From positions 49,131 to 113,130 of the forward strand of contig JAPOUR010000002.1 in NCBI GenBank assembly GCA_026708565.1: a stretch of DNA of 64,000 bases. The letters are read 5' to 3'. Shown here one piece after another: positions 35,869 to 43,453 of this stretch (positions are counted from its first letter, which is position 1; every line of letters begins with the position of its first letter). The translations under genes and the position numbers were made by a program. Source of the stretch: Candidatus Dadabacteria bacterium. GTDB lineage: Bacteria; Desulfobacterota_D; UBA1144; Nemesobacterales; Mycalebacteriaceae. The notes under the pieces were generated by a model. It saw only the letters and a program-made list of their open reading frames with translations, did not search any database and was not told the origin of the DNA.

Positions 35869-37211
35869 CGCCCGCCCCCCGGCGCGCCGATCAGCGCCAT
35901 GCCTATGTCCATAACATTTGTCCCCGTGGGGCCGGTTTTTATCAGGTCTCCGAGAGAGTCAAAGAAAGAGTAGGAGTCATTCGCCATCAGGTGGTCTCGC
36001 GCGCTGACGCCCCTTGCGCGCGCGACAAGGCGCGAGTCGCCGTCGCATATCGCCCCCGCCGCATCGGTGGGCCCGTCTATGCCGTCAGTTCCCGCGAAAA
36101 GCCCCACTATGTTGCCGTGCCCGACAACCTCCATGCAGAAGGAAAGCGCGGTTTCGGTGTTTCTTCCGCCTTTGCCGCCGCCTTTGACATTCACGGTTGT
36201 TTCGCCGCCGAAAATGACGCATGCGGGCGTCTCAAGCGGCTTTTCAAACCTCTCTATGTCAAGCGCGACCGCCGCCACGCACTTGGCCACCTCTCTTGCC
36301 TCGCCTCTGATTTGCGATGAAAGCACAAGCGTCCCGTAGCCGAGCGAACGCGCCTTTGCCGCCGCCGCGTCAAGGCACTTGCCGTTGTTGCCCACTATCA
36401 CGGTCTGGGCGGCTTCCCCCCCGTCCGCAGGCGCGGGGCGCGGGTTTTTTTCCTCCTCCCTGAGCCCTTTTTCAAGTTCAACCACCACCCTCGGCGGTAT
36501 CTGGTGCTCAACGCCAAGGGCCTCTATCACCCGCCACGCCTCCTTGTAGGTGGTGGTGTCCGCCACGGTGGGGCCCGATGCGATCATCTCAAGGTTGTCT
36601 CCCACGACATCGGACAGAATGAGGGTTGCCGCCTCGGACGGCAGCGCCTGTTTCAGAAGCCCCCCGCCCTTGATTTTTGAAAGTTTCTTTCTGACCGTGT
36701 TGAGGCCGTAGGTGTCAACCCCGGATATGAGCAACTGCTCCGTAACCCTGCTTTTGTCTTCAAGGGACAGCCCCTCGCGGGGCATTGCGAGCATTGAACT
36801 GCCGCCGCCCGATATCAGAAACAGCACAAGGTCCGCCGGGCCGGTCTTTTCCAGCAGCGCCATCACCGCGCGCGCCGCCGCCACACTCTTTTCATCGGGA
36901 ACGGGGTGGCTTGACAGCATGAACCGCGCCTTCCTGAAATCCTCGCGCGGACGGGAGCCCGAAATTACAATGCCGTCCGTAATTGTGTCTCCCAGCAGTT
37001 TCTCCACCGCCGCCGCCATTGCGCTTGCCGCCTTGCCGAAGGAAACCACAAACACATTCTCATAAGACGGCAGGTTGTAGGTTTTCCCTTCAATGCGAAG
37101 TTCCCGCCCCTCAACCGACACGTGCTCAAACACGCACCTTTGCGGGTCCGCCGCATCAATTGCGGCGTCCAGTATCCGCATCGCGTGCTCTCTCATGGTT
37201 TTGTCAGGCAT
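35865..37211 (-). CDS. glycerate 2-kinase / hydroxypyruvate reductase (DUF4147 + MOFRL, TtuD-like)
   Basis: ILDAAIDAADPQRCV..., VVSFGKAASAMA, LFLISGGGSSM and GGETTVNVKGGGKGGRNTE. Confidence 0.85.
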   Translation of the reverse strand: MPDKTMREHAMRILDAAIDAADPQRCVFEHVSVEGRELRIEGKTYNLPSYENVFVVSFGKAASAMAAAVEKLLGDTITDGIVISGSRPREDFRKARFMLSSHPVPDEKSVAAARAVMALLEKTGPADLVLFLISGGGSSMLAMPREGLSLEDKSRVTEQLLISGVDTYGLNTVRKKLSKIKGGGLLKQALPSEAATLILSDVVGDNLEMIASGPTVADTTTYKEAWRVIEALGVEHQIPPRVVVELEKGLREEEKNPRPAPADGGEAAQTVIVGNNGKCLDAAAAKARSLGYGTLVLSSQIRGEAREVAKCVAAVALDIERFEKPLETPACVIFGGETTVNVKGGGKGGRNTETALSFCMEVVGHGNIVGLFAGTDGIDGPTDAAGAICDGDSRLVARARGVSARDHLMANDSYSFFDSLGDLIKTGPTGTNVMDIGMALIGAPGGGR

Positions 37212-37219
37212 TTGAAGTT

Positions 37220-37714
37220 TCAGGATTTTTTCAACTCGTCAAGCACTTCGTCCACACGCTCGCGCGTCAGGTTTTCATGCAGAACATTGTCCACCAGCAT
37301 CACCGGAGCCGTTCCGCAGGACGCGAGGCATTCGGCTTCCATAACCGTTATTTTGCCGTCCCCGGTGGTTTCTCCCGCCGATATGCCGAGTTTGCCGCAG
37401 ATGTATTTCTCAACCTCTCCCGCGCCCCGCAGCGCGCACGACAGCGTTCCGCAGACCCAGACCGTGTGTTTGCCCACGGGCTTTGTGAAGAACATGGTGT
37501 AAAAGGTCGCCACATTCTGAACGCTTGCCGGCGGGACGCCGAGCATGCCCGCGACCTCGGCCATTGACTCCGTGGAAAGCCACCCAAGCCGCTTCTGAAC
37601 CGCCCAAAGCGCCGGAATAAGGGCCGAGCGCGGGGTTTCGGCCTCTTCAATAATCTGTTTTATCCGCTCTCTGGTCTCATCGGGCAGGGGCATTGGAAAC
37701 ACACTCTCCGTCAA
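37220..37714 (-). CDS. nuoE: NuoE-like [2Fe-2S] thioredoxin-fold subunit, not in a nuo operon
   Basis: SALIPALWAVQKRLGWLS...VATFYTMF...VCGTLSCALRGA...ECLASCGTAP is the NuoE/HoxF-N Cys pattern. Confidence 0.8.
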   Translation of the reverse strand: MTESVFPMPLPDETRERIKQIIEEAETPRSALIPALWAVQKRLGWLSTESMAEVAGMLGVPPASVQNVATFYTMFFTKPVGKHTVWVCGTLSCALRGAGEVEKYICGKLGISAGETTGDGKITVMEAECLASCGTAPVMLVDNVLHENLTRERVDEVLDELKKS

Positions 37715-37844
37715 CGCTCAAAATCGGCTTAAAACTATACTATTGGCAAGGGCGGTCAAGGAAAGGGTTGTTTGCGGGTTTGACATTAAAGCGCCGGTTT
37801 TATGTTATAGTTCAGACGGGCCGGTTGCCCCGGAGGAAAAGACT

Positions 37845-38792
37845 ATGACGGAGCGTTTGAAATTTGCGGTAAAGAGTTTTCGGAGTCGCCCGCCGCTGAC
37901 GGCGCTGGCGGTTGCCGTTGTTCTTTCCCTTTCCGCCTGCGGCGGGGGAGGGGGAGGCGGAGGCGGCGCCGGTGGCATCGGACCCACTTCCCTCGGCTTG
38001 GGTTCCGGCGCGGCGGTCAGACAGAGAGCCGCTGGAAATGACCCCGTTCCCGGCAGTGTTACTCAGGGGAGCCGCGCTACTTCCGGAATAACCGCCGATA
38101 CGGTTCAGTATCAGGGAGGCAGTATTGTGGCAGATGGCGTAGGCACTCTTGCCCCCGCATCCGTCTCCATTCCCGAACTTCCCGGGGCGCAAGTTTTCAT
38201 GCACGAGCGCGCGATTGCCGTTGCCATTTCGGGTTTTGACGCTCAAGATGTGCCTCAGTATGAGAATACCGACCCTCTGCTGTTTGGATTCTGGGCTTAC
38301 GAGGTGACTCCAGACAACATAATATGGGGGGCGTTTGCTGACGGGCTGAGCGTTAGTAAAACTCCCGCCGCCACCATTACCGCTGCTACAGGTAGCGCAA
38401 CATATCAGGGAAAGACACTGGCCGCTTATGAAAACATTGGCGGTCAAGGAGATTCCGGTATGGCAACGGCGGACGTGAATCTTCTTGTACAATTTGGGGG
38501 TAGTCCTACGGTCGGCGGAACTATAGACAACCTCATAGACATCTCGAACAACATGGGTGTGCCCGGGCAGATACTTCTTGGGGCGGCCTCAATTGACCGC
38601 ACCGTTGACGGAGGATTTTTCAAGGGTGAAACCTCCGGACCCGATAATGTTAGAGGAAAATGGGGCGGCCAGTTTTTCGGTACGGAATACCAATACATCG
38701 GAGGCACTTGGGGCGCCAGTTTCCGCGATGAGGATGGCGTTTTTTCCGCAGCCGGGGCTTTCAGCGCTACAAAGCAACCCCCTACGGAATAA
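37845..38792 (+). CDS. surface-lipoprotein candidate with TbpB-like C-terminal beta-barrel domain (Slam substrate-like)
   Basis: ATG at 37845 after GGAGGAAAAG. Lipobox LSLSAC followed by a Gly-rich linker. The C-terminus GSATYQGKTLAAY...ATADVNLLVQFGGSPTVGGTIDNL...GGFFKGETSG...GKWGGQFFGTEYQYIGGTWGASF resembles the TbpB_B_D / Lipoprotein_5 barrel consensus (ATYxG...VDF...G.I...G.F.G...G.FYG..A.E.GG.F). Confidence 0.6.
   Translation: MTERLKFAVKSFRSRPPLTALAVAVVLSLSACGGGGGGGGGAGGIGPTSLGLGSGAAVRQRAAGNDPVPGSVTQGSRATSGITADTVQYQGGSIVADGVGTLAPASVSIPELPGAQVFMHERAIAVAISGFDAQDVPQYENTDPLLFGFWAYEVTPDNIIWGAFADGLSVSKTPAATITAATGSATYQGKTLAAYENIGGQGDSGMATADVNLLVQFGGSPTVGGTIDNLIDISNNMGVPGQILLGAASIDRTVDGGFFKGETSGPDNVRGKWGGQFFGTEYQYIGGTWGASFRDEDGVFSAAGAFSATKQPPTE
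37894..37942. repeat. 49-nt exact repeat, copy 1 (lipoprotein signal peptide coding)
   Basis: cgctgacggcgctggcggttgccgttgttctttccctttccgcctgcgg is identical at 40214-40262. Weaker similarity extends ~25 nt further upstream. Confidence 0.9.
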
Positions 38793-38808
38793 AATCCGCG
38801 CGCCCGTT

Positions 38809-40128
38809 TTGTTGACCCGCGCAATACCCGCCTTTCTGTTTTTTCTCGCTCTTTTTCCGGCAATGCCCGCGCCCGCCTTTGCGGACGCCGTGCCTTTGGA
38901 GGCCGAATCCCTCAACTCAGCCCGCGCCGCTCTTTCCGGCGGCGATGCGGAGGACGCCCTCCGCATTCTGGACTCTCTTGACCCCGGCGGGGTTGCTGAC
39001 CGCAGAACCTTTGATTTTGTGCGCGGTCTTGTCCTCATGGAACTTGGCCGCCCGAAGGAGGCGGTTGACTCCTTCAAATCGGTGGTCAACCGCGAGCCGT
39101 GGCTGCTCCGCCCGCGTCTGGAACTTGCCCGCGCCTATTTTGCCTCTGGCGATTACCCGAACGCCAAAAATCAGTTTGAGGCCGTTCTCTCCGAAGACAT
39201 TCCCCCGGCGGTGCGCGGAAACATAGAAAAATTTCTGTCGCTGATGAAAGAGCGGCGTTCGTGGACTGTGGACTTTGCAATAGGGGTTGCCGAAGACAGC
39301 AATATAAACGAGTCCACTTCCCTGCAAACCGTTGTCATCGGCGGGTTGCCCTTCCGGCTGAGCGATGATTCCCGCGAGACCGGCGGCAGGGGGGTGAACT
39401 TTTTTCTCGGCGGCTCATGGCGGACGGGTTTCGGGGGGCTTGGCGGCGGAGACACCCTTGGCGTTTCGGCGCGGCTGTGGGTCAAGGATTACGGGGGCGA
39501 GAGTTTTGACCAGCACACGTTTGAGGTTTTTCCGAACTATGTAAAGAGTCTTGGCGGCGGGGAGGTTGCCGCCGGTCCCGTATTCTGGCGCAGTCTGCTT
39601 GCGGGGCGTTTATACGAGCAGTCAATCGGGGGCAGGGTGGAAGGCAATCTGCCGCTCTCCCCGGTCTGGCGGCTGTCCGCCGGGGCGGAGGTCATAAATC
39701 ACGAGTTCCCGCGCAATTCCCTTCAGGACGGCAACAGCGCGGGGGCAAGATTTTCCCTTACCCGTTTGTTTGGCATTCGCACTGCCTCAACTCTTCTTGC
39801 CGCCGCGGTCTTACGCCGCGCCGGGGCGGGGCATCTTGAATACGATGAGTTTTCCGCCGGAAAGGGTTTTTACCGCGAAATGCCCATGGGATTCACCGTC
39901 TCCCTGAGGGCAGACGCCGCGAGGCGCGTTTACAGGGAGGCGGACCCCTTTTTCGGAGACCGCCGCGAGTGGACGGGGTATTTTTCGGCGAGCATGGCAA
40001 ACAGGCTGCTTTCATACCGGGGGTTTTATCCGAGGGTGACGGTCATCCATACGAGGCGCGATTCATCGGCGGACTTTTACGACTACACGAGAACGCGCTT
40101 TGTTTTTGATATAACGCGGAGGTTTTGA
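38809..40128 (+). CDS. Slam-like outer-membrane protein (N-terminal TPR plus DUF560 beta-barrel)
   Basis: A TTG start at 38809 gives the signal peptide (M)LTRAIPAFLFFLALFPAMPAPAFA/DA. TPR region ...ELARAYFASGDYPNAKNQFEAVLSEDIPPAVRGNIEKFLSLM, then VDFAIGVAEDSNINEST. Alternating barrel strands and a terminal ...FVFDITRRF (C-terminal Phe). Lies adjacent to the TbpB-like lipoprotein. Confidence 0.65.
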   Translation: MLTRAIPAFLFFLALFPAMPAPAFADAVPLEAESLNSARAALSGGDAEDALRILDSLDPGGVADRRTFDFVRGLVLMELGRPKEAVDSFKSVVNREPWLLRPRLELARAYFASGDYPNAKNQFEAVLSEDIPPAVRGNIEKFLSLMKERRSWTVDFAIGVAEDSNINESTSLQTVVIGGLPFRLSDDSRETGGRGVNFFLGGSWRTGFGGLGGGDTLGVSARLWVKDYGGESFDQHTFEVFPNYVKSLGGGEVAAGPVFWRSLLAGRLYEQSIGGRVEGNLPLSPVWRLSAGAEVINHEFPRNSLQDGNSAGARFSLTRLFGIRTASTLLAAAVLRRAGAGHLEYDEFSAGKGFYREMPMGFTVSLRADAARRVYREADPFFGDRREWTGYFSASMANRLLSYRGFYPRVTVIHTRRDSSADFYDYTRTRFVFDITRRF

Positions 40129-40161
40129 AAGGGTTGATTTGCTGGTATCCTGATTATTGTC

Positions 40162-40374
40162 ATGACAATGCGTTTGAAAGACTTCACAGCAAAGAGTTTT
40201 CCGGGTCGCCTGACGCTGACGGCGCTGGCGGTTGCCGTTGTTCTTTCCCTTTCCGCCTGCGGAGGCGCGGGGAGCGGGGAAGGCGCGAGATTCGGGACGC
40301 CTCCCGAAACTCTTGTTCGCCCCGATATAGGAATTGGCGGCCACATCAAGCGTGTCGCGCCCGCTTTGCGTTAG
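40162..40374 (+). pseudogene. truncated second surface-lipoprotein gene (signal peptide plus ~35 codons only)
   Basis: MTMRLKDFTAKSFPGRLTLTALAVAVVLSLSACGGAGSGEG... has an N-terminus paralogous to 37845..38792 but stops after 70 codons. No barrel domain follows; the AT-rich island begins downstream. Confidence 0.55.
40214..40262. repeat. 49-nt exact repeat, copy 2
   Basis: Identical to 37894-37942. Confidence 0.9.
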
Positions 40375-40567
40375 GGGAGTGGCGCGACACGGGCGCGTGG
40401 CCGGGGTGTGATGGTTGGTTGTGCGGCGCGCAGTTTATCTGCGGGTTTTTGAGACTGCGGGAGGCTGTGCGGGGTTTGTGCTACACTAAAGCAAACAACA
40501 TGTTGCTTGCTAGGGGAATAATGAATAGTAGATGTCTCAATAATCTTTGTAGTAAGGTAGATGAGTT

Positions 40568-41773
40568 GTGAGTCAAATCGAAGAAGTGACTATTACGAGC
40601 CTTGAAGACTACCTGTTAGAGGTAAAGAAACTTTACATGGAAGAGACGGAAAAAGCCGAAAGTGCACCTCGCTTTATTTATCGTGGACAAAAAAACGCGA
40701 GTTGGAAACTACAAAGCAGTGCTACTGTTAGGCTTCTTAATGAGAGCGAATTAGAATTCAAATACCCATTTCAGATTTCCTCCTTGTTTTTAGGCTATTT
40801 AGATCAGATGGTAGACGAAGTTCGCTTGACATATCCTAATATCTACAAAAATCTTGATCATTTGGAGATAATGGCACACTTGCAACATAATAGAGTGGCA
40901 ACAGGATTGATAGATTTTACATACAGTTCCTTGGTGGCTTTGTGGTTTGCTTGCGAGGAAGACAATCAAAATGAAGAAGGTAAGTATAATGATGGGAAAG
41001 TGTTTTGCATGAATGTAAACTACAAGGATAGCAAGATAGAAGAGATTAGGACTAAAGACGAACTAAAAAAGGATGTAGAAAGTTTTTTTAAAAATGATGG
41101 TAGATGGTATATTTGGCAACCAGCAATTGGGAATCCGAATGTAGAGACTCAACGCCTAACTATGCAACAATCGGTATTTCTGTTTGGAATGCCGAGTGTT
41201 GAAGAAAAAATGTTAGCGAAAGTTTTTATTGTGCTCGCAGACAACAAGAGAAACATGCATCAAGAATTGGAATATATGGGAATTACTGAGAAAAACCTCT
41301 TTTCTGACTTGGCGGGATTTATAGAGAGGAATAGTAAAACAAAATACTACAATAAAAGACTGGGTGTCCACTACTATGACAAGAAACTCAAAAGAAAAAG
41401 AAGTTTTACCAATCTCTATCAAAGAGGAATGTTTTACCTTGCTTTAGAAGAATATAAAAAGGCAATTGAAGATTTCACCGAAGCGACTGGCCTTGTAGAT
41501 GTTGAGAAATATCAGAAGAGTATTGCTTATGTAGGTAGCGGCTGGGCCAAGAGCCGATTAGATATGGTTGCAGAGGCAGTAATGGATTATACGGAAGCAA
41601 TCAGGCTCAATTCCCAAAATGACGGAGCGTACACCAATCGCGGCTGGCTTCAGTATAAATTAGGAAAGCACGCAGAAGCAATAAACGATCTGAAAAAATC
41701 TCTTGAAATCAATTCCGGAAATTTGACTGCATCTAACATTCTTAAGAGAATAGAAGGAGAACTGAAAATCTAA
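40568..41773 (+). CDS. FRG-domain protein with C-terminal TPR repeats
   Basis: FIYRGQKNASWKLQSS (the F/YRG motif), MAHLQHNRVATGLIDFTYSSLVALWFACEE and RLTMQQSVFLF match my recall of the FRG domain (PF08867). The C-terminal ~120 aa form 3 TPR units (YQRGMFYLALEEYKKAIEDFTEA..., AYTNRGWLQYKLGKHAEAINDLKKSLEIN). GTG start at 40568. Confidence 0.65.
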   Translation: MSQIEEVTITSLEDYLLEVKKLYMEETEKAESAPRFIYRGQKNASWKLQSSATVRLLNESELEFKYPFQISSLFLGYLDQMVDEVRLTYPNIYKNLDHLEIMAHLQHNRVATGLIDFTYSSLVALWFACEEDNQNEEGKYNDGKVFCMNVNYKDSKIEEIRTKDELKKDVESFFKNDGRWYIWQPAIGNPNVETQRLTMQQSVFLFGMPSVEEKMLAKVFIVLADNKRNMHQELEYMGITEKNLFSDLAGFIERNSKTKYYNKRLGVHYYDKKLKRKRSFTNLYQRGMFYLALEEYKKAIEDFTEATGLVDVEKYQKSIAYVGSGWAKSRLDMVAEAVMDYTEAIRLNSQNDGAYTNRGWLQYKLGKHAEAINDLKKSLEINSGNLTASNILKRIEGELKI

Positions 41774-41980
41774 AGGTTGCATTGATGACAGACTTTGTTT
41801 CAGACATCTTGTTTAGAGTTGCTTATTTGCAGAATGAGCCATTGTAGTGGTGATGAGCACACACAACTGACAAATTCCATGTACTATCCTCACCTCTTTA
41901 ATGTAGGGGGATTATGTGGTGAACCTCTATGTGGTTTTATCCGTTTGGCTTAACGAAAAAGTTGGAATCTATGTATTAAA

Positions 41981-42023
41981 GTTGCCAAACCCATTTGACA
42001 CTTTGGCAACTGTAATATATAGT
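41981..42023 (+). promoter_or_regulatory. sigma70-type promoter (TTGACA-17-TATAGT) overlapped by a 9-bp inverted repeat
   Basis: TTGACA at 41995-42000, a 17-nt spacer, then TATAGT at 42018-42023. The inverted repeat gttgccaaa (41981-41989) / tttggcaac (42002-42010) straddles the -35. GAAGGAGG SD at 42038-42045 precedes the ATG at 42054. Confidence 0.65.
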
Positions 42024-42053
42024 GTTGTTATCTTGATGAAGGAGGTAATTCAG

Positions 42054-42254
42054 ATGACAACATACGAATTACATAAACGCGCTCTTGGAGCGACCAGTTT
42101 AGTAGCCTCTTGTTTGGCAAAGACAAATGACCTTCGCCGTGTAGCTATTACCGAGAATGATCGGAGCAAGTCCGCCGAGATAGCGGGCGAACTTTCGGAC
42201 TTGGCTGACACTCTCAAGAAGACAGCAAACGCGATTGCTGACAGGGCGGAATAA
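42054..42254 (+). CDS. small (66 aa) predicted all-helical protein, first gene of the island operon
   Basis: ORF 41916 trimmed to the ATG at 42054, which has a strong SD. MTTYELHKRALGATSLVASCLAKTNDLRRVAITENDRSKSAEIAGELSDLADTLKKTANAIADRAE. No family recognised. Confidence 0.5.
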   Translation: MTTYELHKRALGATSLVASCLAKTNDLRRVAITENDRSKSAEIAGELSDLADTLKKTANAIADRAE

Positions 42255-42257
42255 GCA

Positions 42258-42632
42258 ATGCCAGAAAACAAGAGCGTTTACGGATTTTTGCGCCGGTTTC
42301 CCAACGAGGCGGCGGCGCGGGAGTTCTTTGAAAATCTGAAATGGGGAGACGAGCCGCATTGTCCGCATTGCGGTTGTTTTGAAGTGTCGGAAGTGAAGCA
42401 TAAATCTATGCCTTATCGCTGTCGGGGTTGCCGGAGGTACTTCAGCGTCCGCACAGGGTCGGTTCTGGAGAGTAGCAAGGTCTCTCTCCACACATGGCTA
42501 ATGGCGATGTATCTGGTTGCTGAGTCCAGCAAAGGGGTTTCTTCCGTCCAGTTGGCGAAATGGCTTGGCGTTCAGCAAAAGACCGCTTGGTTTATGGCTC
42601 ATCGGATGAAGTATGGAGAGTTGACACAATGA
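42258..42632 (+). CDS. IS1595-family transposase N-terminal Zn-ribbon/HTH module only (DDE domain absent)
   Basis: FPNEAAAREFFENLKWGDEPHCPHCGC...YRCRGCRRYFSVRTGSVLESSKVSLHTWLMAMYLV...LAKWLGVQQKTAWFMAHRM matches the Zn_Tnp_IS1595 (PF12760) region. The ORF ends where the DDE_Tnp_IS1595 domain would begin. Its stop overlaps the next ATG (ATGA at 42629-42632). Confidence 0.65.
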   Translation: MPENKSVYGFLRRFPNEAAAREFFENLKWGDEPHCPHCGCFEVSEVKHKSMPYRCRGCRRYFSVRTGSVLESSKVSLHTWLMAMYLVAESSKGVSSVQLAKWLGVQQKTAWFMAHRMKYGELTQ

Positions 42633-43453
42633 AAACGGCAACGGCAAAAAAAGACCTGTTCAAAATAGACGCGCCTTTTGAGGATGTTGCGCGGGCTGTT
42701 GTGAACGCACCCCCGCCGAAGAAAAGCAAAACGGTTTTCAGCAAGGCACGCGACATTGTTTCCCCGTCCTTTGTCATTCCCAAAGGCGTTAAGACAAACG
42801 CTCCGAACGTAAATGACGGCCTCATCCTTCTTGCGGAGTTGCCCGCTGGAGTTGTGCCGGTTGTTGTCTTTGACCCTCAATATAGGGGCGTTCTGGATTA
42901 TCAAGGGTTTGGTAATGAGGGAGACAAGCGGGGGCGCGCCCGTGCCGAACTCCCACAAATGGGAGAGGATACAATCACGGAGTTTATTCACGCAATCAGC
43001 CGGGTTCTCATTCCGTCTGGTCATCTCTTTTTGTGGGTTGACAAGTTTCATCTCTGTAACGGTATAGACCCCTGGATTTCCGGGACCGACCTGTTTACCG
43101 TTGATATGGTTGTCTGGCATAAGGAACGGCTCGGAATGGGCTACCGGACGCGCCGGACTTGCGAGAGTCTGGTCGTGATACAGAAAGCCCCGAAACGCGC
43201 TAAAGGTGTTTGGAAAATCCACAACATTCCCGATGTATGGTCGGAGGCGAAGGAAAACAGCGGACACACCCACCGCAAGCCCATAGGGTTACAATCGCGC
43301 CTGATTGAGGCCGTAACAAATGAGGGCGACTTTGTTGTTGACCCTGCCGCAGGCAGTTATTCTGTTCTCAAGTCCTGCCAAGAGGTAGGGCGAAACTTTA
43401 TAGGTTGCGACATCGTTGGCACGGTTAAAAAAGGCAAAACCCGGACGGACTGA
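42629..43453 (+). CDS. beta-class (N6A/N4C type) DNA methyltransferase, motif IV variant DPQY
   Basis: Motif IV VVVFDPQYRG precedes motif I FVVDPAAGSYSVLKSCQEVGRNFIGCDI, with HTHRKPIGLQSRLIE in between. This is the N6_N4_Mtase (PF01555) order IV->I. Confidence 0.7.
   Translation: MKTATAKKDLFKIDAPFEDVARAVVNAPPPKKSKTVFSKARDIVSPSFVIPKGVKTNAPNVNDGLILLAELPAGVVPVVVFDPQYRGVLDYQGFGNEGDKRGRARAELPQMGEDTITEFIHAISRVLIPSGHLFLWVDKFHLCNGIDPWISGTDLFTVDMVVWHKERLGMGYRTRRTCESLVVIQKAPKRAKGVWKIHNIPDVWSEAKENSGHTHRKPIGLQSRLIEAVTNEGDFVVDPAAGSYSVLKSCQEVGRNFIGCDIVGTVKKGKTRTD

Noticed and set aside
37943-37980. Gly-run coding tract (GGGGGGGGGAGG) in the lipoprotein considered as a phase-variable simple-sequence repeat.
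   Set aside because: The DNA is a mix of ggc, ggg, gga and ggt codons. It is neither a homopolymer nor a perfect short tandem repeat, so slippage-based switching is unlikely.
40125-40571. 148-aa ORF spanning the Slam stop through to the island edge.
   Set aside because: It is in a different frame from the clear lipoprotein signal-peptide ORF. The product is Arg/Cys/Gly-rich with no motifs, and it crosses a sharp compositional boundary.
42258-42632. An active or recently decayed IS1595 insertion sequence.
   Set aside because: Only the Zn-ribbon/HTH module is present. The reading frame is intact and coupled to the methyltransferase. I saw no DDE remnant, terminal inverted repeats or target-site duplication.
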